Shown here one piece after another: positions 27,840-40,800 of a stretch of DNA of 53,422 nt; the stretch's first letter is position 1, and each line of letters begins with the position of its first letter. The stretch comes from Bacteroidales bacterium (lineage in GTDB: Bacteria; Bacteroidota; Bacteroidia; Bacteroidales; VadinHA17): positions 1 through 53,422 of the forward strand of contig JAWOIF010000128.1 of the NCBI GenBank assembly GCA_046484805.1, read 5' to 3'. A program made the position numbers and the translations under genes. The notes under the pieces are model-generated. The model was not told the origin of the DNA. It worked only from the letters and a program-made list of their open reading frames with translations, and ran no database searches.

Positions 27840-29538
27840 CTTGTTCCAGGTGAAGAATCTCAAATATCGATTCTGATACATTTATCATATGATCACCCAT
27901 TTTCTCAGCTTCGCAGTAGATGTCATTATAATATACTCCGGCCAGATATGAGTATTTCTTCTTTTCAATATTCTTTAAATGCTCAGCTTTCAGCCGGTTG
28001 CGAAGATCGTTTATCTTACCCTCCACTTCAAGGGCTTTGTCAAGTACAATGTGTTTGTATCCCAGTTCGATATTCTCATGCATCACTTCAAAGGCCTGGT
28101 CGATAAGGTCAAACATCATGTTGATGTTATCACGCTGCTCTTGTGAGAATGTTGCCTTTGACTCTGACTTTCGACTCAGTGTCCGCATCATGTTGTAGCA
28201 CGAGTCGGCCATGCTCTCAATTTCATCTATAATCTTGTACATCGACCTTATCCTTCTCGAGCTAACTCCGGTAATATCACGGTTTTCAAGAATACGGGTC
28301 AGATAGGTCGCGATCTCCATCTCAATATTGTCGCTGATCTTCTCATATTTCGCAATTTTTTCGGCAAACTTCTCCCGCTCCTTATTGCCCGTTGCATTGA
28401 ACATCTTTCTCAGAAAGCCAAACATCCTCTCTATCCTTCGCGAATAGTGGTTTATCTCACTCTTAGCCTGTAGTATAGACATCTCCGAGGTGGTAAGCAG
28501 CCCGAAACTGATATACTTCAGCCTGAACTCCTCGTCATCCTCCTTCTGGGGTACCATCCATATCACAATTCTCTCAATTACCCTTGCCATGCCTATCAGC
28601 AAAGCCGTATTTATGATATTGAACGACGAGTGAAAAATAGAAAGTGCAATAGGAATGCTTGCAAAGCTTTCCTTGGGGGAACCAAGGCCTGCCGGAATCA
28701 TGATAGAGGTAATAGTTCTCAGGAAAAATGGCATCGCAGCTAAAATCCACAGAACTCCTATAATATTGAAGATGAAGTGTGCCCTGGCGGCCCTTTTTGA
28801 GGAGACGTTACCGACTATGGCGGCTATGTTTGCAGTTATTGTCGTTCCGATGTTCTCGCCAAGCACCATGGCTGCGGCAATTTCAAAAGGTATCCATCCA
28901 TTATTGCACATTACGAGGGTTAGTGCCATGGTCGCTGATGACGACTGTATCAGTACGGTAAGTATCGTGCCCAGAAGAACGAACAGCATGGTTGAGCCAA
29001 AACCCATATTGGTATAGTTCTGCAGGAATGAAAGTATCTCGGGGTGCGACCTGATGTCGGGTACACTCTCCTTAAGAAATTCAAGGCCGAGGAATATAAA
29101 GGCAAAACCAATGATAAACTCTCCCCACGATCTTGTTTTGCTTCCTTTTGAAAATAGCAGCGGCACACCAATACCAATAAGAGGTAATGACAAAACGCTG
29201 ATCTTCATATTGAAACCCAGTATCGAGATTAACCACGCAGTAACGGTTGTGCCGATATTGGCGCCCATGATTACCCCAATCGACTCAATCAGCGATAAAA
29301 GACCCGCGTTGACAAAACTAACAATCATTACCGTTGTAGCTGAAGAAGACTGTATCAGGGTGGTGATCATGAAACCGGTAAGGATACCCTTGAAACGATT
29401 TGAGGTCATGGTTGCCAGAACCTGCCGCATCCGGCTGCCGGCTGCTTTCTGAAGCGCCTCACTCATTACCTTCATTCCGTAAAGGAAGAGACCAAGTGAA
29501 CCGACAAGTGTCAGGAAGTCTATGAGACTGTACTCCAT
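27829..29538 (-). CDS. Na+/Pi cotransporter family protein (NptA-like, PhoU-like C-terminus)
   Basis: Two QSSSAT repeats with GANIGTT and GENIGTT; helical C-terminal domain. Confidence 0.93.
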   Translation of the reverse strand: MEYSLIDFLTLVGSLGLFLYGMKVMSEALQKAAGSRMRQVLATMTSNRFKGILTGFMITTLIQSSSATTVMIVSFVNAGLLSLIESIGVIMGANIGTTVTAWLISILGFNMKISVLSLPLIGIGVPLLFSKGSKTRSWGEFIIGFAFIFLGLEFLKESVPDIRSHPEILSFLQNYTNMGFGSTMLFVLLGTILTVLIQSSSATMALTLVMCNNGWIPFEIAAAMVLGENIGTTITANIAAIVGNVSSKRAARAHFIFNIIGVLWILAAMPFFLRTITSIMIPAGLGSPKESFASIPIALSIFHSSFNIINTALLIGMARVIERIVIWMVPQKEDDEEFRLKYISFGLLTTSEMSILQAKSEINHYSRRIERMFGFLRKMFNATGNKEREKFAEKIAKYEKISDNIEMEIATYLTRILENRDITGVSSRRIRSMYKIIDEIESMADSCYNMMRTLSRKSESKATFSQEQRDNINMMFDLIDQAFEVMHENIELGYKHIVLDKALEVEGKINDLRNRLKAEHLKNIEKKKYSYLAGVYYNDIYCEAEKMGDHMINVSESIFEILHLEQAIP

Positions 29539-29726
29539 ATTCTATTTATTGAATAGGATCCAAAATAAATAAATTTAGCAATCATTTTGAATAATAATAG
29601 TCATACATTTAATAACAATAATTCAACCGTCTGATTGAAAAATGTTTTGCTGCAATCTGGGTGACTAAACCCAATCCGGTAATGAATTGTTTTTAACCAT
29701 GATGGTGCCCGATACCGATAAATTTA

Positions 29727-29734
29727 TAAATTTG
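29727..29734 (+). promoter_or_regulatory. -7 element TAAATTTG for the polyprenyl synthetase
   Basis: Exact TAnnTTTG 24 nt before ATG 29759. Confidence 0.55.
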
Positions 29735-29758
29735 AACCCTTCGCTAAAATTTAGGGAA

Positions 29759-30733
29759 ATGTATACAAAAGAGGAACTCAGCGATCTGATCAGTAAGGCG
29801 ATTACAGGCCTTCCATATAATAGTGAGGCTGAAAAGCTAATCGAGCCGGTAAAATATATACTGTCTATGGGAGGTAAAAGGCTCAGGCCCCTTTTGACAC
29901 TGATGGCCTGCAATATGTTCAGCGACAAACCGGAAGAGGCTCTTATGCCTGCAATTGGACTGGAGGTATTTCATAATTTCACGCTCGTGCATGATGATAT
30001 CATGGACAATGCTGATGTCAGGAGAAACCTCCCTACAGTTCATAAAAAATGGGGAGTCAACCAGGCAATACTTTCGGGCGATGTAATGGCATTCATTGCC
30101 AATGAGTGTATTGCTCAGGTACCCCCTCATGCACTTCTGAAGGTGTTTCGCCTTTATAACCGGACAGCCACGGAGGTATGTATCGGACAGCAGATGGACA
30201 TGGATTTCGAAAAAAAGAAATTCGTTTCACATGAGCAATACCTCAGAATGGTCGAGCTTAAGACGGCTGTACTGATTGCTGCCTGCATGAAGACAGGTGC
30301 TATTACAGGAGGGGCCTCCGACCGCGAGGCAGATATGATGTATGAGTCTGGAAGGAACCTTGGAATGGCATTCCAGATACAGGATGATATACTCGATGTA
30401 TATTCAGATTCTAAAAGATTTGGCAAGGTAACAGGAGGTGATATAGTGTCAAATAAGAAAACCTACCTTCTTGTCAAGGCGATGGAAATGTCGACAGGCA
30501 GCATAAAAAACAGACTCAACGACCTGCTGGCAATGAAAGAATTTGATCCGGCTGAAAAGATCAGAGAGGTTACCACTATTTATGATTCACTGGGAGTAAA
30601 AGAGATATCCGAAAAACTTGCCGCTAACTATATTGGAAAGTCATTCGGATACCTTAATGAAATATCTGTCAATCCTGAACGCAGTGAAGTCATTCTGCAG
30701 ATGGCAGAATCACTGATAGGAAGGGATAAATAG
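29759..30733 (+). CDS. Short-chain polyprenyl diphosphate synthase (FPP/GGPP synthase type)
   Basis: GGKRLRP, FARM FHNFTLVHDDIMD (Phe at -5 indicates short chain), GQQMDM and SARM FQIQDDILD. Start set at ATG 29759. Confidence 0.9.
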   Translation: MYTKEELSDLISKAITGLPYNSEAEKLIEPVKYILSMGGKRLRPLLTLMACNMFSDKPEEALMPAIGLEVFHNFTLVHDDIMDNADVRRNLPTVHKKWGVNQAILSGDVMAFIANECIAQVPPHALLKVFRLYNRTATEVCIGQQMDMDFEKKKFVSHEQYLRMVELKTAVLIAACMKTGAITGGASDREADMMYESGRNLGMAFQIQDDILDVYSDSKRFGKVTGGDIVSNKKTYLLVKAMEMSTGSIKNRLNDLLAMKEFDPAEKIREVTTIYDSLGVKEISEKLAANYIGKSFGYLNEISVNPERSEVILQMAESLIGRDK

Positions 30734-30737
30734 CTGC

Positions 30738-31343
30738 TCAGAATATTTTGTTCTCGTTCTTCTTCAGCCAGTCAAGGTTAAGCAGTACGCCTGCCGTCAG
30801 CATGAGCTGATCGCGCTTGCCGATAATATACTTTAACTCGGCAAAAGCATCCAGCTGCTCTGTAAGCTTCATGTATGAGCCGGCTCCAATATTCAAACCC
30901 AATACTGTCTCTGAAGATGAAAAAACCTCACCTGGTTCCCCTGTGGGATATTCATATTTATATCTGTTTCTAAGGAGGGTAATATTAATTCCTGATAGCC
31001 CGTAAAACTCAAACCTGTCAAGGGAGTTGAATACGTAGTGTGCATTGATGTCAAAAAGAAAAGCTGATATGGATTGCCTGTCGTTAACCTCGTTAAAGTC
31101 TTGTTTGGTGACGCGAGGCATGAAGATATTTATCGATGGTGAAATGTGCAATGGCAGTGAAATCTCATAAATACCCTTCAGGGTTATTGCAGGGTTCCCT
31201 GTCTTGTGGGAGATTTCAAAGTCTTCACCCCTGAAATAGACCCCGGTTCCATACGATAGGCCACCACCCATCTTTGTAAACTGTGCTTCTGAATAGCCGA
31301 GGGTTACTAAAAAAAAGAGAAATGCAAGAGGGACCTTTTTCAT
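30738..31343 (-). CDS. Small outer-membrane beta-barrel protein
   Basis: Signal peptide ending SEA-Q and amphipathic strands (DINAHYVF, GLNIGAG, FAELKY). Confidence 0.75.
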   Translation of the reverse strand: MKKVPLAFLFFLVTLGYSEAQFTKMGGGLSYGTGVYFRGEDFEISHKTGNPAITLKGIYEISLPLHISPSINIFMPRVTKQDFNEVNDRQSISAFLFDINAHYVFNSLDRFEFYGLSGINITLLRNRYKYEYPTGEPGEVFSSSETVLGLNIGAGSYMKLTEQLDAFAELKYIIGKRDQLMLTAGVLLNLDWLKKNENKIF

Positions 31344-31515
31344 TTTGGTTAAGTTTTTGGTAAAACAATCTGTTTAAACTATAAAATTATATCAAAGATT
31401 TTTAATTACCATAGAATTTTGACAAACATTCTGAGGGGATTGACTGATACCTCTATATCATTAGATAAAATGCCTTCAGCAGGAACGATTTTTTGATCCG
31501 GTTTACAAAAAAAAT

Positions 31516-33060
<1,545 letters not shown>

Positions 33061-33072
33061 TATCAACCGGCT

Positions 33073-33321
33073 GTGAAACTTGAAATCATAACACCCGATT
33101 CAACTGTATACTCAGGGAAGATAAGATCCATCAGGGTTCCCGGTACAAATGGATCATTTCAGGTACTCAGAGACCATGCACCGATTATTTCTACCCTTGA
33201 AAACGGTACGGTTACAGTGGTGGATTTCCAGGGTAAATACCTTTTCTTCGAGATTACAGGAGGCATGATCGAGGTAAAGATGAACCGTATAGTACTATTG
33301 GCCGAATCAGCTCAAAAATAA
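33073..33321 (+). CDS. atpC: ATP synthase F1 subunit epsilon (N-terminal domain only)
   Basis: LEIITPD, PGTNGSFQVLRDHAPIIS and GGMIEV; 82 aa, lacking the C-terminal helices. Confidence 0.95.
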   Translation: MKLEIITPDSTVYSGKIRSIRVPGTNGSFQVLRDHAPIISTLENGTVTVVDFQGKYLFFEITGGMIEVKMNRIVLLAESAQK

Positions 33322-33325
33322 CAGT

Positions 33326-34762
33326 ATGACCACAGAGGAATTCAGAAAATATGCCCACGAGCTTGTCGACTGGATGGCATGGTACATGGATAATGTGGAA
33401 TCATTCCCTGTAAGGTCGAAGGTTAAACCCGGAGAGATATTCGCAGCCCTGCCCGACGAACCTCCTCTCCGGCCCGAGAGTTTTGATGCCCTGATTAATG
33501 ATTTCAAAGACATAATAATGCCTGGCATCACTCACTGGCAGAGTCCAAATTTCTTCGCCTATTTCCCGGCCAATACAAGCCCCCCTTCAATACTCGCCGA
33601 GATGGTGACGGCAACCCTTGGTGCCCAGTGCATGATCTGGGAAACATCACCTGCAGCTGCTGAACTCGAAGAGAGAGTAATGAACTGGCTGAGAGATAGT
33701 CTGGGCCTCCCCAAGTCGTTTGAGGGTGTAATACACGACACTGCCTCAACTGCAACATTGACGGCAATTATATCTGCCCGCGAGAAGTTAACCAGATATA
33801 ACTATAATGAAGCCGGTGCCACAGGTAATGGTATACTAAGAGTATATGCATCAGATCAGGCCCATTCTTCTGTTGAAAAAGGAGTAAAGATAGCCGGACT
33901 GGGAAGGAAGAACCTTGTTAAGGTGCGGACAGATGCTGACTATTCTCTTGATCCGGTAGCCCTTGAGGAGGTAATAGTAAGCGATATTGCAGAAGGATAC
34001 AGACCGTGCTGCGTTATTGCAACAATCGGAACAACGGGTACAACGGCTGTCGATCCGGTAAGGGAAATTGGTGAAATATGCAGTAAATATGATATCTGGC
34101 TTCATGTTGATGCAGCACTGGGTGGCACCGCCATGCTGTTGCCCGAATTCAGATACCTTGCCGAAGGAGTCTCCTGTGCAGACAGCTTTGTATTCAATCC
34201 TCACAAGTGGATGTTTACCAATTTTGATTGTTCAGTCTACTTTGTTAGTGATGCTACTCATCTTATAAGTACTTTTGAAATATTGCCCGACTATCTGAAG
34301 ACACGAACCCGCGGTCAGGTGAATGATTACCGCGACTGGGGGATTCCCCTTGGAAGGAGATTCAGGGCTCTCAAACTGTGGGCAGTGATAAGATGCTACG
34401 GTCTGGAAGGACTGAGGGAGAAGATCAGGAATCATATTATTCTCGTTTCACGGCTTGCTGAACAGATAGATAACGACCCTTCGTTTGACGTCGTGACCGC
34501 TCCGTTATTTAACCTGGTTTGTTTCAGGTTCACACCACCGGAAGTTGCCCCGCAGAGATATAACGAGATCAATGAAAGACTCAACCATGTATTAAACGAC
34601 ACCGGAAAGATTTACCTGACACATACAGTGCTGGATGGAAATTATATCTTAAGGATGGCCGTGTCTCAGACAAATGTAACTGAAAGACATGTGAACGATG
34701 CATGGGAACTTATCAGAAAGAAATCTGAGGAAATCTCTCTCTCCTTCCGTTCCCAAGATTGA
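33326..34762 (+). CDS. Group II PLP-dependent decarboxylase, aromatic-L-amino-acid decarboxylase-like
   Basis: PGITHWQSPNFFAYFP, SPAAAELE, HVDAA, PLP-Lys NPHKW and GRRFRALKLW. Confidence 0.9.
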   Translation: MTTEEFRKYAHELVDWMAWYMDNVESFPVRSKVKPGEIFAALPDEPPLRPESFDALINDFKDIIMPGITHWQSPNFFAYFPANTSPPSILAEMVTATLGAQCMIWETSPAAAELEERVMNWLRDSLGLPKSFEGVIHDTASTATLTAIISAREKLTRYNYNEAGATGNGILRVYASDQAHSSVEKGVKIAGLGRKNLVKVRTDADYSLDPVALEEVIVSDIAEGYRPCCVIATIGTTGTTAVDPVREIGEICSKYDIWLHVDAALGGTAMLLPEFRYLAEGVSCADSFVFNPHKWMFTNFDCSVYFVSDATHLISTFEILPDYLKTRTRGQVNDYRDWGIPLGRRFRALKLWAVIRCYGLEGLREKIRNHIILVSRLAEQIDNDPSFDVVTAPLFNLVCFRFTPPEVAPQRYNEINERLNHVLNDTGKIYLTHTVLDGNYILRMAVSQTNVTERHVNDAWELIRKKSEEISLSFRSQD

Positions 34763-37646
34763 AACCAAAAATATCAACACTGAATACACCTTCAATGAAA
34801 GGCCTGTTCTCTGCCGGCACAAAGCCACCCCTGGCTCCGGCTGAGATCTCAAAAGGTATTCTCAGAACATAGAAGTCAGCCAGCAGTTCCCCTCCGAATG
34901 AGGCGAAACCCTGCTTTTCATCGACAAATCTTCGGTCGTTTATGTAATATGTACCGGTACTTTGAGCCAGATCACCAAACAGCCCTCCGCGTATACGCTT
35001 AAGGTAAAGCAGACTGCCGACTGATAAATCCGGATATGCTATCGGGAATACATAGTCGGCACTGACACTCTCTATCTTTTCAGAAATAATATCATTGTAA
35101 CCCCGTGGGAAATTTATGCGGTTACCCAGATAATACCGTACCGGGTTCTGCCATTCTGCCTGAAATCTTAGCCTCAATCCATGGTTTTTTACAATTCCGG
35201 GCAGATAGTATGCTATTCTGATAGTGGTAATGGGACCATAAGTTTCCTCGTCAAAAGGAGCTTCTGTATGGATGATATCCAATACCTGAGCAAGTGGAGG
35301 GAAGATATCGCGTCTTGCTGAGCGGCGGCTGTTCGAAAAGAAGAGCCTGCCGGTGAAAAATGACTGACCGTAGTCAAAAACTGATTGTGAGGGATCGTAA
35401 ATATAGTTGTTCTCGTAGTAGTGATCCATTGAAACCCTCAGATATTGAGAAGATGCACCCGTGCTAAATCTCAAAGGCAGGGAGATTTCCGTTTTAGTCG
35501 AAATGGCAGGAAAAATCTCTGATGGACTTACATTCTGGCCTGCATTGAAAATGCCTGGTCCTCCTCCGTAGCTTAATCTGAAATCGACAACTGGATACCA
35601 ACCTTTCCATGTTATACCAGTGTGAAGTTTGTGGTCGCCTCCTGAATATTCATAGCCAAAACTACCGGTGATTGTGCTGAGAAGATTTTGGGTCAGGAGG
35701 GTTACACCCGGAGATATTGATGCAGGATCGGCAGAGATCTTTTCGATGTCAAAATAGAAAGGCATCCAGCTGTGGATATTTAAAATATGCTGCCACCTTC
35801 TGTAACGCTTCACCTCGTACTCAGGAATCAGTTCGGTTTCGGAACTGTCTCCCGACAATAATGGGAAACCCTTATCAGAGGCAGGAAGAGATATCTCTCC
35901 AAGGAGAGAAGAAGCCGGTGTTCCGGCATTTTCATAGTCATACAGATCTCCCTCTACGGCAGTGAATACGATATTGAACCCTGTATGATTGTAGTCGGAA
36001 AAAAATATCCTGTCATCATACAGGGAGAAACCGTCGATGCCAAACCGTGACCTGGTTATGCGGTATATGTTGTTATCAGACGTTTTGAAAAAAAGATTGT
36101 CAGTTCCGCCGGCTGATGATATGAAAAAGAGGGTGTCGTTCCTCATCTGTGCAGCCTGAAGATCATTTCTGCCGGGTTGAAGTATCATCGACCACTTCTC
36201 TTCTTCTATACTGTACGTAAACGCCCCTTCGCCATTGTCTGTTAACAAAATAACTGATATAGCCGAGTTGTCTTCAGACCAGACCGGCCTCTGGGGATAA
36301 CCATTCGAAGGGGTAGCGATCTCTCTGATGATCTCTCCTGATGATGCTTCCAGTAGTACCAGTCTGTTATCCCCGGCGGGGGTGCTTTCAACGGCGGTAA
36401 TCATCGAACCGTCTGATGAGATTGCCGGTGCAACATACCTTGATCTCCTTGTTATTCTGGAAGTCGCACCCGATTTAAGATCATGTACCGCAACTACCTG
36501 ATAATTCCTGTTTTCCCACCTTGGGTCGTATTGTAACTCCGACCATGTTATTTTACCCGCACCGTATGAAATGTAGAATGGCCAGGACCAGCCGGTATAC
36601 AAGATCCTTTTTTCTTTCGTGCCGTTGTCTGTAAGTAAAACTATAGCCGGAGGCTCTGAATATGATGTTTTTATGCTTATTATTGAGTCAGCACCAATTT
36701 GTATTGGCGACATATAATTTACATAAATATTAGGCTGATAGGGCCTTATAGCGGTATACCCAACAGGCATATCAAGCTCTATTTCGTAATTCCATAATTT
36801 ACTTAGTTCGGAGAATGTTTCATTATATACTTTTTTCTTCGTCAGAGAAGCCGATCTTCTAAGACTGACATTTACCGGGTTGATGAGAAATGGTTTTGAT
36901 CCTGTCATCCTCACTGCATCACTCCATAAATCTTCCCCATATTTTGCCCTCGTGTATTCCAACATTCTGAGACCGTATCTGTAATGATCAGGGGTATAGT
37001 CGCGATATGATCCGAAAAGTATCTTGTTGAAGTTGTATCCTCCGGGCTTCTGAAGGTAGAGGGCCTTGAGTTCTTTATTGAAGGAAGGACTATTGCCCCT
37101 GCCTCCCGGGGTAAGTATGCTTTCATAAAGAACAGCTTCTCCTTCATAGAACCACAGGGGAAGCAGCCCGGCTGCAATACCGCTGAAGGACTCTCCCGTA
37201 AGTAACGACATAAACCGTGTAAACCCTCTGTTCAGGGCTCTGGTTTGCATTATGTGAACTGTTTCGTGATAGGTAAGTGAAAGAAGCTGGTCTGTAGGTG
37301 TACTGTTCTGTCCGGGCATAGGGTAGAGCTCCATCCGGTTAGGAGCCAGACTTACGTATCCGTTCGATTCGGTTGAATAGTTATGCATTATTACATTGCT
37401 TCTTCTGCTACGAACCGGCTGCTGGTAGATATTCTTCATTAGCCCGTAGGCATTTTCGAGATAGAAGAGCGTTCTGAATGCTTCATCGCGGTATGGAGAT
37501 GGGAATATTACCCTGAACTTGTCACTCTTTATCTGGCTCCACCTGACCGAGGCCGGGTCAGTGCCGGTATCATAGAACTGTGCGGCTGACCGTTGACTGG
37601 CAAGTAGTAGTATAATGAATGCAATAATGGATAATATCCTGTTCAT
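34713..37646 (-). CDS. Secreted protein: HExxH metallopeptidase-like domain, TolB/PD40-like propeller and Omp85-like beta-barrel
   Basis: Signal peptide from ATG 37646 (MNRILSII), YHETVH...PLWFYEGEA, propeller-like repeats (PAISSDG, PVWSED), and a C-terminal beta-strand region with FPRGY resembling the Omp85 (V/I)RG(F/Y) motif. Confidence 0.65.
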   Translation of the reverse strand: MNRILSIIAFIILLLASQRSAAQFYDTGTDPASVRWSQIKSDKFRVIFPSPYRDEAFRTLFYLENAYGLMKNIYQQPVRSRRSNVIMHNYSTESNGYVSLAPNRMELYPMPGQNSTPTDQLLSLTYHETVHIMQTRALNRGFTRFMSLLTGESFSGIAAGLLPLWFYEGEAVLYESILTPGGRGNSPSFNKELKALYLQKPGGYNFNKILFGSYRDYTPDHYRYGLRMLEYTRAKYGEDLWSDAVRMTGSKPFLINPVNVSLRRSASLTKKKVYNETFSELSKLWNYEIELDMPVGYTAIRPYQPNIYVNYMSPIQIGADSIISIKTSYSEPPAIVLLTDNGTKEKRILYTGWSWPFYISYGAGKITWSELQYDPRWENRNYQVVAVHDLKSGATSRITRRSRYVAPAISSDGSMITAVESTPAGDNRLVLLEASSGEIIREIATPSNGYPQRPVWSEDNSAISVILLTDNGEGAFTYSIEEEKWSMILQPGRNDLQAAQMRNDTLFFISSAGGTDNLFFKTSDNNIYRITRSRFGIDGFSLYDDRIFFSDYNHTGFNIVFTAVEGDLYDYENAGTPASSLLGEISLPASDKGFPLLSGDSSETELIPEYEVKRYRRWQHILNIHSWMPFYFDIEKISADPASISPGVTLLTQNLLSTITGSFGYEYSGGDHKLHTGITWKGWYPVVDFRLSYGGGPGIFNAGQNVSPSEIFPAISTKTEISLPLRFSTGASSQYLRVSMDHYYENNYIYDPSQSVFDYGQSFFTGRLFFSNSRRSARRDIFPPLAQVLDIIHTEAPFDEETYGPITTIRIAYYLPGIVKNHGLRLRFQAEWQNPVRYYLGNRINFPRGYNDIISEKIESVSADYVFPIAYPDLSVGSLLYLKRIRGGLFGDLAQSTGTYYINDRRFVDEKQGFASFGGELLADFYVLRIPFEISAGARGGFVPAENRPFIEGVFSVDIFGFNLGNGRRERFPQISF

Positions 37647-37825
37647 GATGGAAAAGTAGGGAATAAAATTAACAATAAATACCATAAGCATGTTCACCCG
37701 GTTACTCCCGTATGTGGGTAATAACAACGATTATGGCGGTTGAATATTCCCTGTTTGTGTCAGAATACCACTCAAAATTCCTATTTTCGTCCGGCAAATC
37801 CCTCCGTATGCAAAAAAAGAGTGTA

Positions 37826-40800
37826 ATGAAAGATTTCAGATTCATAAATAATGTAACCGGATGGGTAGTTTTCCTGATAGCTGCGGTTACCTATCTGTTT
37901 ACGATGGAATCAACTGCCAGCCTGTGGGACTGTGGTGAATTCATAGCCTCAGCCTACAAGATGGAGGTCGGCCATCCTCCCGGAGCACCGATATTTATGT
38001 TAATGGGTCGTTTTTTTACTCTTTTTGCCGGTAATGATGTAACCAGGGTTGCATTGATGGCAAATGCCCTTTCTGCACTTGCAAGTGCCTTCACGATTCT
38101 TTTCCTGTTTTGGTCGGTTACTCACCTTGCAAGGAGAATGTTCCATAGGGATGAGAATGAATTCACAACCGCAAACATGATTGCCATAATGGGTGCAGGA
38201 GCTGCAGGGGCGCTTGCGTATACTTTTTCTGATACTTTCTGGTTCTCAGCTGTTGAAGGCGAGGTTTATGCAACATCCTCGCTGTTTACGGCTGTTGTCT
38301 TCTGGGCTGTATTGCGATGGGAGGAGAGTTACGGAGATGAACATGCAGACAAATGGCTTATCCTGATAGCATACCTTATGGGGCTTTCACTCGGCGTACA
38401 CCTTCTTAACCTTCTCGTAATACCGGCAATTACATTTGTATACTATTTCAGGAGGTTTTCCTTTACCTGGAAAGGGTTTGCTCTGTCCGTCGCTGTATCG
38501 CTGATAATTCTGGTTCTGATAATGTACGGTATAATACCCGGGGTGCTTGTGGTATCGTCAGGTTTCGAACTTCTGTTCATCAATTCTCTTGGGTTACCAT
38601 TCCATACAGGAGTGCTGGTGCATGTGATCATGCTGGCTGTATTCGTTATTATGGCTGTCAGGTTATCGATGCTTAAAGTAAGCCGGATAAGACTGACTGT
38701 AATTACCATGACAGCGATACTGCTCTCAGGGATGTGGCTCCTTTCAGATTCGATTATCCTCAACATTGCAGTTCTGTCTGTAATAGGCCTGCTGGTCTGG
38801 ATATCTGCACAAAAGGGGCGCGATCTTTTAAATATGGCTCTTACCTCGCTGATGGTAATACTTATAGGCTATTCTTCATTTGCCCTTATTCTTATCAGGT
38901 CTTCTGCCAATCCGCCAATGGATGAAAATAATCCCGAACATATCTTTAACCTGATCTATTACCTTAACCGTGAACAGTACGGACAGAGGCCGCTGCTCTA
39001 CGGGCAGTACTACAATGCCCCGGTTATAGATTACAAGACTGAAGGAAAGCCTACATACAATCAGGTTGGAAACAGCTATGTAATTACCCACAGGAGCATC
39101 GAGAGGATTTATGATGACCGGTTCAAGACAGTTTTTCCAAGAATGTGGAGTGATTCTCCTGACCATATTCAGAGGTATAAAGAGTGGGGCAGGGTGCAGG
39201 GTGTTCCGGTTCAGGTTACTGATCCCTCCACTGGAGACCGCAGGGTAGAGAGAAGGCCTGGTTTCAGCGAGAACCTGAGATTTATGTTCTCATATCAGAT
39301 AGGGTTTATGTATTTCAGGTATTTCATGTGGAACTTTGCAGGAAGGCAGAATGACGTACAGAGCCAGGGCGGAGCCGTCAACGGCAACTGGATATCAGGT
39401 TTTGATTTTCTCGACCGAATAAGGGTGGGAACCGTAAAGGGTATGCCCGATGAAATGAAAAATGATCCGTCACGTAATAAATACTACCTGCTCCCGCTGC
39501 TACTGGGTATGCTCGGGTTTATATACCATCTGAATCGTGATGTGCGCAACTGGTGGATTGTCAGCTTGTTGTTCCTGCTAACCGGACTGGCAATAGTCAT
39601 CTACCTTAACCAGTATCCAAATCAACCCAGGGAGAGAGACTATGCCTATGCCGGGTCTTTCTATGCATTTGCGGTATGGATAGGAATTGGGGTCCTATTC
39701 CTATATGATTTATTCTCCAGGATTGTAAACCGTAAAACCGCCGCAATACTGGCGGTGGCAATATCAATGGTTGTTCCTGTGCTGATGGGAGCAGAGAATT
39801 GGGCCGATCATGACCGGTCGGGCAGATACCTGACTACTGATGTGGCTTCAAATTATCTGAACAGCTGTGCACCGAATGCCATACTGTTTACCAATGGCGA
39901 CAACGATACTTTCCCGCTCTGGTATGCCCAGGAGGTGGAAGGCGTCAGAACAGATGTGAGAGTATGCAATCTTATGCTCTTTAATACTGACTGGTATATT
40001 GACCAGATGAAGATGAAGGCTTACGAATCTGATCCTCTGCCACTGACACTTCCGAGAGAGAAATATTTTGAAGGAATAAACAATCAGGTCTATATTGTCG
40101 AGAGGTACAAGGAAGCTGCTGGTGCCTCAATGGTCATCGATTTTGTAAGAAGCGATGATCCCGCAGCGAAAATTAAAATTTCTCCAACAGAAGAGATTGA
40201 CTATATACCCACCCGAACCATCAGGATACCTGTTGACAGGGAGAAAGTTATTGCAAACGGAACGGTGAAACCTGAAAATGCCAACATGGTTGTACCCTAT
40301 ATCGACATCAAACTTACCGGACATGCAATTTTGAAAAGCCAGCTGATGCTGATAGATCTGCTTGCTCATAATGACTGGGAAAGACCAATCTATTTTGTTT
40401 CGGGGTATCATAATGATGCAATGGGTCTGGAGGAGTATTTTCAGTTGGAGGGGACTGCATACAGGCTTGTACCAATTAAGTCCCACAACAATAGCTGGCT
40501 TGACTACGGCAGGGTCGATACCGATATTCTTTACGAGAATATGATGAACAGGTTTAGCTGGAGGGGGGCAAAAGAGCCGGATGTCTACCTCGATTACTTT
40601 CACAAGAGGACTCTGACCGTCATTAAGGCAAGATACCATTATGCCCGTCTGGCTACAGAACTTGCTGCTGAAGGTAAAATGGAGAAGGCTGTTATGGTGC
40701 TGGATCGTTGCCTTACTGAACTTCCTTTCAGTAAGTTGCCGCATGACCTGTTCACTCCCGATCTGGTGTCAGCCTGCTTTGCTGCCGGAATAGACGAAAA

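Noticed and set aside
33073-33321. Truncated atpC pseudogene
   Set aside because: Short epsilon subunits lacking the C-terminal helices are known in Bacteroidota; the ORF is intact with a normal stop.
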